This document shows positions 12,578 to 22,348 of a DNA stretch of 64,000 bases, one piece after another. The position numbers and the translations under genes were made by a program. The DNA is from Selaginella moellendorffii. Taxonomy: Eukaryota; Plantae; Lycopodiophyta. The number at the start of each line of letters is the position of its first letter. Position 1 is the first letter of the stretch. The notes beneath the pieces were generated by a model. The model was given only the letters and a program-made list of their open reading frames with translations, did no database searches and was not told where the DNA came from. Location of the stretch: positions 206,282 through 270,281 of the forward strand of contig NW_003314405.1 of NCBI RefSeq assembly GCF_000143415.4, in the 5' to 3' direction.

Positions 12578-13116
12578 TTCCGTAGAATACGTCTATGGAT
12601 TCGACATCCCCGCAGGGAGTCGGGCGTAGCTCCCTACGCCTGGTCGACCTAGCTAACCCATGCTAATTAGCTTACCTTCGGCGCGCCTTCGGGTCCCAAC
12701 ATATGCCATTGCTCAACTTCTCAAATTGATACTTTTAATTGAACTTTGCATAAGTACATAGAGTTCTGCCATGCAGAAATTCCTCCACTAGATCTCGCGC
12801 GTTCGCTAGGTTCTCCTCCGGTTCCCATGTTGCTTCGCAGTGTGGAAATCCTTTCAACTTCACATGGAACTCTCTCACCTCGCGTCCTTGTCGCTTGCTC
12901 TTGCGCGCATTGAGGATGGCCTCGACTTCGTATTCCTCCTCCCCTTGGATAACCTCAGGTAAAGGTCTTACTTGGTCCTTGCGAAGCGGATCCTCGAAAT
13001 ACGGCTTGAGTAAGTTCACGTGGAACACGGGATGCATCTTCCCCATCTCTCGAGGAAATCAGAGACGGTAAGCCACTTCACCGATTCGAGCCTCAATCTC
13101 GTAAGGCCCCGCGAAC

Positions 13117-13168
13117 CTGCTTAAGGAACTCAAGATCAATTCATTTATAGGAATACATGTATTTTTAC
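13117..13168 (-). other. Putative spliceosomal intron (52 nt) in integrase
   Basis: CAAAG|GTAAAAAT...TTAAGCAG|GTTCGCG. Removal gives RKLTQRFAGPYEIEARIGEVAYRL. Confidence 0.75.
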
Positions 13169-13586
13169 CTTTGGGTCAACTTCCGGCTGATCCCACTTGG
13201 TAGCCTGAGGTTCTTGGTGTTCAGCCACACCTTCTCCCCAGCTTGGAACTCCACATCCCGACGCTTTTGGTTCGCGTACTTAGTTTGCTTTTGTTGAGCC
13301 CGTTCCAAGGAATCCCTCACTAGATTCCAAATGTTGAGTCTTTCCGCCGTGAATGCCTCCACTGCGGGTAACTCTCCATGATACTCGGCCACGCCAAGTT
13401 CCACAGGACCTTCAATAGCTCGCCCATTGATGACTTCCCATGGACTCACCCCGATGCTCGAATGTGGTGAGTTGTTATAACACATTTCCGCAAGTCCCAA
13501 ATGACTTACCCAGTTGGTCTGGTCTCCCGAGACATAGCATCGCAAATAATCCTCCAGCTGCCTATTCACCCTTTTCGTTTGTCCGT

Positions 13587-13633
13587 CTGTCAAGAAGTGT
13601 TAGTGCCATCAATCTTGACTTAATACCCATTAC
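13587..13633 (-). other. Putative spliceosomal intron (47 nt) in integrase
   Basis: ACAA|GTAATGG...CACTAAC...TTGACAG|ACGGA, with a canonical branch site. Removal gives FSTAYHPQTNGQTKRVN. Confidence 0.75.
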
Positions 13634-14115
13634 TTGTCTGTGGGTGATAGGCTGTGCTGAATTTCAGCTTGGTGCGATACTGTTCTAGGAGTGTCCTCCA
13701 GAACCTACTGGTGAAGATCTTATCTCGATCTGAGATAATCTCTTCCGGCCTTCCCCGCACTCGAACTACTTGTTCGAAGAACAGCTTTGCCACACCTTCC
13801 ACATCCACTTCCGTTGTGGTGGGTATGAAATGTGCCATCTTTGAAAATCGGTCCACTACCACGAATATCGCATCGAACCCCTCACTTGGGGGTAGTCCCG
13901 TGATGAAGTCCATCGTGAGACATTTCCACGGACGATCTGGAATGGGGATGCTTTGCAACAAGCCCCCACTAGCCTTCGTCACGGCTTTGACCTGCTGACA
14001 TGTTGGACATGTCTTTACATAGTCTTGGACGTCCTTAGCCATATCTGGCCAGTGATACTTCCTTTTGAGTAAGCCCATCGTCTTGGGCACTCCGTCGTGT
14101 CCCGCGAGAGGTCCG

Positions 14116-15549
14116 TCATGACACTCTTCCAAGGCTACCTTCCTTAGTTCCCCTTCTGGAACATACACCCAGTCCGGCTTGCCGGACTATGTCTGCAGCC
14201 ACAAAATTATCTGAAGCACCCGTGTCAATAAGGATCTTAACAAAGCTATCTCCGAGCTTCCCTCGGAGGGCTAGTAGATGTCGCGAACAACTCTCTACCA
14301 AAGTTGCTCGTGTAATGAGTAACTTTGAGTTAGGGACTGGATCACATACCTCAGTTTGGACTTCAACCGACTTGATGGCCATATTGGCTCTGGCCTTCTT
14401 CGGGTAGGGACATTCCCTCGAAAAGTGTCCCGCTTCACCGCAGTTGTAGCATACGTTGTTTCCCACGCTGCTATACGACTTGACCTTCTTATCTGTGGGT
14501 TTGTCTCTTTTCGCTTGACTTCCCCACGTACTCGCTCGCTGGCCACCGGATTTGCCTTTCCGGAACCCCGAGGACTCATTCTTAGAGAAACTCTTCTTGA
14601 ATTTCCCCCTGCTATACGTTCCCCTTGGTTTGGCCCCTTTGCTAAACGTGGCTCCCGACCCCGTCGTGTTCCCTTTTCGCAGGTTATCGTTGAAATGCAC
14701 CTTGATGGCTGCATCCAACGCTTCCTTGTAGTTGGTCGGGTTCCTGCGCATTACCTCACCGCGAGCCCAGGTTTGCAAACCTGAAATGAAGGCATGGAAT
14801 GCATCCATATCCCCCATGTCCGTGACAAGTATCCTCTTTGCCATGAACTCATTCACATATTCCTGGATGGTTCCAGTCTGCTTCAGCCTACTCAGCTCAT
14901 CTCTCAAATGCAGAGTGGCATTCGGAGGAACGTATGTTGCGCGGATCCTCGCCTTCATCATGTCCCAAGTGGCCACTGGTCCTTCGTTGGCCTCCGTCGT
15001 TCTCCACCAAGACTTGGCATTATCTGCCAAGTATGGTTTTGCACATGGGACCTTCTCCGAGCTCGGTAATCGCAACGCTCGGAAGTAGTCCTCCATATCG
15101 TAAAACCAATCCTCCACCACCTTATAGTCATTCACTCCTTTGAAGACCGGTGGGGGTTTTGGTTTGTACTTGGGAACTGCCTGAGGGACTGATTCTACTT
15201 CGGTCTGTTCGACCTTGTTTGGTTCTGCCTCAATCCCTACCGAAGGGTCCGCGCCTTCTGCGCTGCCAGCATCTGCAGTCTTTCTCTTTTTCTTCCGCTT
15301 CTCGTCACGCTTTAGCTTGCGTACGAGAGTCTCCAGCAGGGCATTGGTCTGTGCCAACTGTCCTTTTAGCACGTCCAATCGAGCCTTGGATGACCGAACC
15401 TCGCCACCGGACTCCTGTTTGGAAGTTTCCTCATTAGAGTCCTCCTCATGTAAGGATTCCTCATCCATAGCCTCTTGTTCGACCAGAGGCTCCAGCTCTG
15501 GCGGAGGTTCCGTCTCCGCCTGTGTTCGTTTACACCTTGCCCTTGCCAT
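14116..15549 (-). CDS. gag: Retrotransposon Gag + CCHC zinc knuckle + N-terminal half of aspartic protease (truncated by deletion)
   Basis: Open 477-aa ORF with WFYDMEDYF, LKQTGTIQEYVNEF, CYNCGEAGHFSREC and ILIDTGASDNFV. It runs out of frame into integrase sequence near 14170. Confidence 0.9.
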   Translation of the reverse strand: MARARCKRTQAETEPPPELEPLVEQEAMDEESLHEEDSNEETSKQESGGEVRSSKARLDVLKGQLAQTNALLETLVRKLKRDEKRKKKRKTADAGSAEGADPSVGIEAEPNKVEQTEVESVPQAVPKYKPKPPPVFKGVNDYKVVEDWFYDMEDYFRALRLPSSEKVPCAKPYLADNAKSWWRTTEANEGPVATWDMMKARIRATYVPPNATLHLRDELSRLKQTGTIQEYVNEFMAKRILVTDMGDMDAFHAFISGLQTWARGEVMRRNPTNYKEALDAAIKVHFNDNLRKGNTTGSGATFSKGAKPRGTYSRGKFKKSFSKNESSGFRKGKSGGQRASTWGSQAKRDKPTDKKVKSYSSVGNNVCYNCGEAGHFSRECPYPKKARANMAIKSVEVQTEVCDPVPNSKLLITRATLVESCSRHLLALRGKLGDSFVKILIDTGASDNFVAADIVRQAGLGVCSRRGTKEGSLGRVS

Positions 15550-15592
15550 CTCCCAGCAATCCGCCTCTATCCTTCGCTAGAACTGAGGAAAA

Positions 15593-15605
15593 GGCTCCGA
15601 TACCA
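15593..15605 (-). other. Primer-binding site (tRNA-iMet)
   Basis: Minus strand TGGTATCGGAGCC, 3 nt after the 5' LTR CA end. Confidence 0.9.
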
Positions 15606-15608
15606 AAT

Positions 15609-16752
15609 TGTAAGCCACAAATTTCTCCTTTCCAATTTGTCAGCTTACCTCATCTATCCATCCAACACTGCCTTGGCTTTTGCTAAGTTCCCTTGCCAAG
15701 GTTCTCGCCTATGGTACCAGCTCCTACTTGGTCTCATCTACTCACTGCACGAGCAACGGAGTGTTAGCCATCCATCCACGGATTCCCAAATCACTCCCAA
15801 TCCCCCTCCCCGGGTTAGACTGGACTTAAGGTTCGACTACACTCCCCGCAAGCACAAGCAGCCAAGCACACCAAGCTTCCAGGTTCCTAACATCCCTTGG
15901 TACCACAAGACTTGATCATGGGACCCTCTAAATCCCAAGTCTTGAGTGCAACACTTGCTTCGGGACGCCGGGGCGAAACACCGTGGCCTAACGGCCCGGT
16001 ATGGGTACCTCTATCCCCCCACTTCCATCCCGAAGGAAGGCCCAAGCCCCTAGGGAGGGCGAGGACCAATGAGCCGCATGGTACTCAAGTGGGACACCAC
16101 TCCACATGAGCCAGGAGCACCGCAATCGGTTTCCCTTTCGGGAGTGGGAGCTGCTCTTGAGCACTTCCCTGGATGGCCCCTCCGGCACCAAACAAGCCCA
16201 TGCTCACTCCCACCCAAGGCCCCTCGGTCCCAGTCTCAACCTCAAGTCAGTTTGGAAGCCCCACTGGAGAGTCCCTTCAAAACTGGTTCCTGGACCTCAC
16301 TATCCCTACTATACTTTTGGAACCCCCTGCAGCCCCCCCCCCCCCCCCCCCTGGGAGACACACGCTTTGGGCTTTCACCCCTTGACCCGTATTAGTATTT
16401 GGACTTAGTCTCTGGCTCGATCTCGGACCCGATTTCAGATCCGACTTCGGATTCGGTCTCGGACTCGATCTCGGACTCGATCTCGGACCCGATCTCGGAC
16501 CCGACCTCGGACTCGACCTCGGACTTGGTCTCGGACCCGATTTCGGATCTCGGACTCGGTCTCGAACTCGGACTCGAACGCGGTCCTCGAGTTGGTCTCG
16601 GACTCGATTCCGGACTCTATCTCGAACTCGGTCCTAGAGTCGGTCTTGGACTCGATCTTTGACTTGGTCCCATCCGATGAACTCTTTGTCATTTTGGTCA
16701 TGCTTTCGGGGTTCCTTTAGCCTACGACACCTCGGTGAGTTGGTTCCTTACA
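15609..16752 (-). repeat. 5' LTR
   Basis: tgtaagccac...gttccttaca. About 17 substitutions versus the 3' LTR over the first ~700 bp (hand count), almost all transitions. Confidence 0.95.
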
Positions 16753-18063
16753 GCCACCTACAGATCCACCGATGCCTCCTCCTAATGTTCCTCCAGATCC
16801 CGGCCCATCTACAAGAGAACCCTGATGGTCTTCCATTATTCCGAGAGGAGAGGATGATGTGAGGGCCAAGTGTACGGCTACGATGCCGTATACTAATATT
16901 AGCGTAGTGGGATTTTGGTAGCCGTCAGATTGGTTTCAATCCGGACCACTTGCTCCTGTATATAAGCTAGGGTTTTTGGGCTAATTGATATGCACATTTC
17001 TGTATTCCCTTTCCATATTCCATGCACTCACAACACTTATTTATTAAATAAGATAAAAAAGCCCATTCTTATTTATATTTAATTTTAACTATTCAAAACT
17101 ATAATTCATTATGAAGTTAAAATTCTTGTACCATATAGTTAGACTATATTACAAGTTAATGAATGTAAGTTTGTGTGCACGTCTTCTTTTTTTTTTAAAG
17201 TTATGAAGTAGCTATTTATAATATAAATAAATAAATAAAACTAATAGAATCACTTCACTTTATAAAGGTTATTAATTTTTATAATTTTAAAAATGAGTTT
17301 TTGAATAAATTATTAAATGGTTTTTTGAAATATTAGTCAACACACATGCCATGTTTTCATCATGGGATAAAAATATTCTATTTTTATTTTTTTAAAATTA
17401 TTATATTTAATTAAATTTCAAAATATGTATATATTAAAGGTTGAAACTATGTAATTATAACAAAATTTATGTGAAGGTGAGGACCAATTCAATGAATCAA
17501 AGTTGTGGGAGTATTAATAAAAATAATGAATTTACTAGTTATTTTAAAAATCTGTAAAATTTAATAATTTTTATACTAACATGAAAATTAGTGTTGTTAA
17601 AAAATAAAAAAAATCTTAAAATTGAAACTTTTCAAATATATCCCAAATTAAGAAATAAAGTTTTTATGATATTAACTATTTTATTAACATAAATAAAGAT
17701 ACATGATAGTAGAAAATTTTATTTAGGTAATATTATATTTTTATGACTAAAGGCATTTGTATTTTATGATAATGTAATTTATATTTATAAAAATAAATAC
17801 TAGTTTGAGTATCCTACAAAACAAAAATGGTCAAAATTGATTGCTTCCAAGTTCCATTAGCTAATTTCAGGCAAATGGAACTACTGCAAAGTTTGAAGCA
17901 TTTGTCCTGAATATTCTCTTACTTTACATAACAAACAAAGCATGGAAGAGTCGTGAGAGCTTCTACAGCGCGTGACATTGACCACTCCAATTGTTCTAAC
18001 CTCTCAAGAGAATTCTTCCTCCAATTCCTTGCGAGAAACCATCGCAAATTCACAATCAATGCG

Positions 18064-20493
18064 ATGATTCCTCCAGCCGAGCGCACCAAGGGCGAATCGC
18101 TCGAGTACCGCTTCTACAATCTCCTCTCCACCCAATCCGGCGATCAATCCAGCGCCGATTCCACCCAATCCAGCGCCGATTCCACCCAATCCAGCATCGA
18201 TTCCAAGCTCGAGGAGCTCATACGCGACGGCTTCGACATCCACAACGTCTACAATCACTACACCACCGCCATCCACCTCGCCAGCGAGTTCCGCAATCTC
18301 CCCCTCGTCAATTCGCTCCTCCGCCGCGATGCCGCCATCGACATCCTCCGCGGCGACCTCTCCGATCGCGACACCGCCCTCCACATCGCGGCGATCGGCG
18401 GCGACGTCGCGGTCTTCGATGCTCTACTCCAGGCCTTGGGCGCCAATGGCATGAACCCTAATTCCAGTCCCATAAATCGCCATGGAATGGTTCCTCTCCA
18501 CTACGCGCTGGGCAAGGGCAATGTGGCCCTCGCGGAGCTCCTCCTCCAGCGCGGCGCGGAGATTTCCCAGGCCGATCACACCGGCGCCACGCCGCTACAC
18601 TTCGCCGCCAGGTCTGGATCCGTCGACGCTCTGGAGCTCATCTTTGCGCGCCTTCCAGTGCCGCGGGACGTGAATTCCGCCAGTCGATCCGGGCTCACGG
18701 CGCTGCACTACGCGGCGTGGAACGGCAGGATCGCGGCGATGAAGTGGCTGCTCGCGCGAGGAGCGTCGCTGCAAGCCCGCGACGTTGTGGAGAAGGGGAC
18801 TCCGCTACACTGGGCGGCCATGAGAGGTGACAAAGAAGCAGTGAGGCTCCTCGTGGAGGCTTGCGTGGGGCGAGGATTGCGAGTCTTCTCGGAGAATAGA
18901 GCTGGGAAGAGCGTGCTGGAGCTTGCCGAAGAGCATGGCCGAGAGCACGTCCGGGATCTTCTGAGAGTTGTGATGGAGCAAGGCTTGCTGGATCGAAGAG
19001 CTTTCCCGCAAATCTCTTTGGTGAGGTACGTGATAGGATACGGGGATTCCGGCATGATTGAGAGGCTAGATCGAAGTCTAGACTACGCGATCGAGAAGAA
19101 GAAGCAAAACTACTCGGCCAACTTGGAGAGGTTGCTGATAGCGTCCGACCTCGTCGACTGGGCTGCCAAGAGAGGAAACAAGGAAAGCATCAACTTGGTG
19201 ATGAAGCTGCTCAAGCGATACATCACATATGGAAGTGATCCGGGCTTGTTCGAGAGAAAGATGGCCTCGGCATTGCTCAGCGCTCTACAGCACGGGAAGA
19301 TGGAATTCGCGGCTTCTCTCGCGGATCACAGGCACTGCAAGTACAAGATGGCGGACATCCTCAAGAGCATGAACACGTTTCTCGAGAGGAATGTGGAGGA
19401 TCTCCGGGTCAAGCTCAAAGGCCGGGACGTGGAGCGCTTTGGCAAGAGAGCCGAGAAGCTCCAGGAGGACATACCATTTGCGTTCTGGCTCTTCTACGAG
19501 GAGAGGCAAGAGATCGTCAAGTTCATCGACACTCGACGAGCGTGGAGAGACATTGTCAACGAGCAGGGAAGCCACACGAAGAGAACGGCTTTGCACTGGG
19601 CAACCATCCTGGGATACAACGATGTGGTGACCAAGCTCTGTGAGATCCGGGAATGCAAAGCCAACCTCGACGATGGTCACTCAAAGTCGCCATACAGGTA
19701 CGCGGTGGAACGCCAGCATCCAGATATCCGAAAGGAGCTCTCCTCTCGCGAAGACGTCCGAGCTTACCTCGAGATACTCTACCGGGATCGCCAAGTTTTC
19801 GTGGACGCTCTCAACGCGATCCTCGTCGGGGCGGCGCTCATCGCAAGCATAAGCTTCCAGGGATTCCTCCAGCCTCCCAGTGGCCTCAACGGGAAGTACG
19901 TTTACATCAACGAGATTGGTGTCAAGCTCTTCGTGTGGTTCAACAGCCTGTCCTTCTTCTTCGCCATGGCCAGCACGCTAGCAGCAGCTCGAGGTGTGCT
20001 CCCAATGCCGGACATCTTCATTCAGGAGGTGGTGAAGCGGATCGAGCGAACTTTGTTCGCGGCCGGACTGACGCTCGCGATCTCCATCACTTTCGGGCTG
20101 CTAGCATTTGGAGCTGCGGGGTTTTCGGTCCTTCCTCCGGAGCACAAGCAGCAGCGAAACTTGATTGCAACATCGTCCATGGGTGGGATCGTTTGCCTGG
20201 GGATGCTACTGTGGTTTCTGAAAGGACTCTTCTTACTCTTCAACAGTTACGTCTTCTCGCGGACATCGCAGAGATGTCGTCAGGAGACACTCCCTCCATC
20301 CAGCTTTGGATCCAGCACTGCAAACTACAAGCACCACGTCGAGGAGCATGAATGCAACGCTGAGAAAGAGGAAAAAAAGGCTGGGGATTTGGACGAAGAG
20401 AAGCGGACTTATGATGTTGGGGCGAATTACTCCGAGTATCCATGGCAAGATGGCTTGGACAAGCTGTGCGAAAATGTGGTCATTGATTGTTAG
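18064..20493 (+). CDS. Ankyrin-repeat + PGG-domain membrane protein (ACD6/ITN1-like), intronless
   Basis: ANK motifs TALHIAA, TPLHFAA, TALHYAA, TPLHWAA, TALHWA. LVGAALIASISFQGFLQPPSG is followed by TM helices. First ATG at 18064. A 21-bp repeat encodes STQSSAD. Confidence 0.88.
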   Translation: MIPPAERTKGESLEYRFYNLLSTQSGDQSSADSTQSSADSTQSSIDSKLEELIRDGFDIHNVYNHYTTAIHLASEFRNLPLVNSLLRRDAAIDILRGDLSDRDTALHIAAIGGDVAVFDALLQALGANGMNPNSSPINRHGMVPLHYALGKGNVALAELLLQRGAEISQADHTGATPLHFAARSGSVDALELIFARLPVPRDVNSASRSGLTALHYAAWNGRIAAMKWLLARGASLQARDVVEKGTPLHWAAMRGDKEAVRLLVEACVGRGLRVFSENRAGKSVLELAEEHGREHVRDLLRVVMEQGLLDRRAFPQISLVRYVIGYGDSGMIERLDRSLDYAIEKKKQNYSANLERLLIASDLVDWAAKRGNKESINLVMKLLKRYITYGSDPGLFERKMASALLSALQHGKMEFAASLADHRHCKYKMADILKSMNTFLERNVEDLRVKLKGRDVERFGKRAEKLQEDIPFAFWLFYEERQEIVKFIDTRRAWRDIVNEQGSHTKRTALHWATILGYNDVVTKLCEIRECKANLDDGHSKSPYRYAVERQHPDIRKELSSREDVRAYLEILYRDRQVFVDALNAILVGAALIASISFQGFLQPPSGLNGKYVYINEIGVKLFVWFNSLSFFFAMASTLAAARGVLPMPDIFIQEVVKRIERTLFAAGLTLAISITFGLLAFGAAGFSVLPPEHKQQRNLIATSSMGGIVCLGMLLWFLKGLFLLFNSYVFSRTSQRCRQETLPPSSFGSSTANYKHHVEEHECNAEKEEKKAGDLDEEKRTYDVGANYSEYPWQDGLDKLCENVVIDC

Positions 20494-20575
20494 AACAACT
20501 CCAAAAGGTGGCGGATTAAGAGTTATTAATGCTATTACTAAACTATGTTTTTATTAGGTTAACTACAGCCTTTAA

Positions 20576-21844
20576 CTAGTTTGGGAAGCCGAGCTGGCCA
20601 CATCCCGTCCCTACACGTGGCAGCGATCCACTGACTCCCACCATTTGCTCTTCAAAGTTATACTCCACGATGAGCTCCTCTTGCGCTAGGGTTCCAAGCG
20701 AGGACAGGCCCTGGGACGATCCAGTGCTCACGGCTCCCAGGCACACCAGGTGAGAGGGCGTCTCCACCAGGAAATTCAAGGGATCAATCGTCCAGCTCTT
20801 GTTCCCGGCGAAGCGGAGCTCCAGCAGCGGCCCATGCCCATCGATCGTCATGTCGGGCGCTAGGGTATAGCACAGATCCAGCTCGTGGAAGGGCGATGGC
20901 GCCGGCGCCAGGGAGGAGGCATTGGCCATGGCCATCATCGTGCTGCGCAGCCACTGGTACGCCGGATCGACGAGGGCCAGGTAGCGTCTCCCGGTTCCAA
21001 TCGCCAGGCCCTCGGCAAACACGGATTCTTCCAGCGGCGCCGTGACGTTGCCGAATTCGTCGCCGCCGTGGATCGCCATGCCGGTGAGGTGTAGAACAGG
21101 AAGAACGTCTTCGTCCCAGCGCAGCGTTGGGATGTAGCTCATGGGAGCGATGGTTTTGTTGGGAAAAACGTAGTTGGGCTGGCCAACGAAGAAGAATCCT
21201 CGAGGTCTTCCCAGGCAGTAGCCAAAGATCTTGCGGAGATTGAGAGCTTCCAGCCTGCGATGGACGTTGACGACGAGCGAGAGGCGATAGGGGGCGAGTC
21301 CGGCGACTCCTTGGCCCGGGTTTCTTCCGCTAGAGCAGAGGATGGGGACAGTGGTATCGGCCGAGGATGGATCAAGGCCGGGGAGAGGAAGAGAGGTGTT
21401 GAAGGAGAGCTTGAGTGGAGCTTGCGAGGGGAAGACAATCTCGCCATCGCTGGAACCACACGCGGCTGTGGTGGCGTTGCAGCGAATGAATCGATCGGCG
21501 CAGGTGTCTTGCAAGCGCAGGCGGTAGCAGTCTTGGAAAGGGAGGATGATCTGGTTGCAGCTGGAATCGAGTGTGAGATTGACGAGCTGTGGAGGAATGG
21601 GAGTGAAGGCCTCGTCGCTGTCGTGCTCGTTGTTTGGGAAGAAGGTGATAGTGGCAGCGAAAGTTGGCGAGCTCGCGCTTGGATTGGGTGGCAGCACCAT
21701 TGTCACGGGATAGAATCCGGAGGCGTGAGGATCAGAGGGTGGAGGATTTGGAAGGCAGTTGCACTGCGGAGGAGGTGATGGAGCTGGAGCAATGGCGGTG
21801 ACAAGAGCTGGGACCAAGAACAGTAGCAAAGTAAGAGCAGACAT
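20576..21844 (-). CDS. Secreted A1 aspartic-protease-fold protein (nepenthesin/TAXI-like), probably non-catalytic
   Basis: Signal peptide. GVAGLAPYRLSLV, FGYCL, LDLCY, LELRFAG, CLG, SLGTLAQEELIVEYN. The catalytic motifs read LDSS and AIGTG. Confidence 0.8.
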   Translation of the reverse strand: MSALTLLLFLVPALVTAIAPAPSPPPQCNCLPNPPPSDPHASGFYPVTMVLPPNPSASSPTFAATITFFPNNEHDSDEAFTPIPPQLVNLTLDSSCNQIILPFQDCYRLRLQDTCADRFIRCNATTAACGSSDGEIVFPSQAPLKLSFNTSLPLPGLDPSSADTTVPILCSSGRNPGQGVAGLAPYRLSLVVNVHRRLEALNLRKIFGYCLGRPRGFFFVGQPNYVFPNKTIAPMSYIPTLRWDEDVLPVLHLTGMAIHGGDEFGNVTAPLEESVFAEGLAIGTGRRYLALVDPAYQWLRSTMMAMANASSLAPAPSPFHELDLCYTLAPDMTIDGHGPLLELRFAGNKSWTIDPLNFLVETPSHLVCLGAVSTGSSQGLSSLGTLAQEELIVEYNFEEQMVGVSGSLPRVGTGCGQLGFPN

Positions 21845-22348
21845 CTCTAAGTCTCCTTTTTCTTCCTTTTGTTTGCTCTCTTCTTTACCGAATTGGGTGA
21901 CAGTGTCGAAGGAGAATTCCGGGCGTGGAGAATTTTATAGCTGGAAGAACGCATCGGGAGCTCGTGGTAAGCAAGTTGGTGCCATTCTCATCTGGTTTAT
22001 TTGATCACCTACTTCGAATGCTTTGTTTGATCAGGAGGAGCGGGTGTCGGGTTCGCTGCTTCAAAGATTTGCTACAGCAGGAGCGATCGACAAACTCTGC
22101 GATGGGAACAAAAGTTTTGTGTCCCACACGGGTATACGAATGAATCTATGTTTACAATTTTGATAACTTGTTTTGATACAGGTTGCAAACATCATATCCA
22201 GAACACTACACTTCCATGCTTGCGATAGAATGAATTGGAAATCAACTCGAAGCGATGGAAAGTTTGTAAGTTTACAACGGTGTAGAACCGTGAAAGAAGT
22301 AAATTCTCTTTTGTCTTTCTTTTTGTAACTTTTTCGTTTTCGTTTTCG

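Larger units (their letters stand above)
12735..14168 (-). pseudogene. Integrase + chromodomain, split by two intron-like inserts, with inactivating substitutions
   Basis: HHCC zinc domain (ECHD...GHDG...CPTC), MDFIT and ISDRD core aspartates, HPQT-xGQTKRVN (catalytic E->K), GPY module, TGA at 13059-13061, chromodomain EEEYEVEAIL...WEPEENL. Confidence 0.9.
11182..16752 (-). mobile_element. Chromoviral Ty3/gypsy LTR retrotransposon, non-autonomous (RT and RNase H missing)
   Basis: Two ~1.15-kb LTRs with TG...CA ends, 5-bp TSD GCTAC (11177-81)/GCCAC (16753-57), Met-i PBS, PPT, gag-zinc knuckle-partial protease, integrase and chromodomain. Confidence 0.95.

Noticed and set aside
17953-18063. 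N-terminal extension of the ankyrin ORF given by the ORF track
   Set aside because: It begins at GTG. The first ATG is at 18064.
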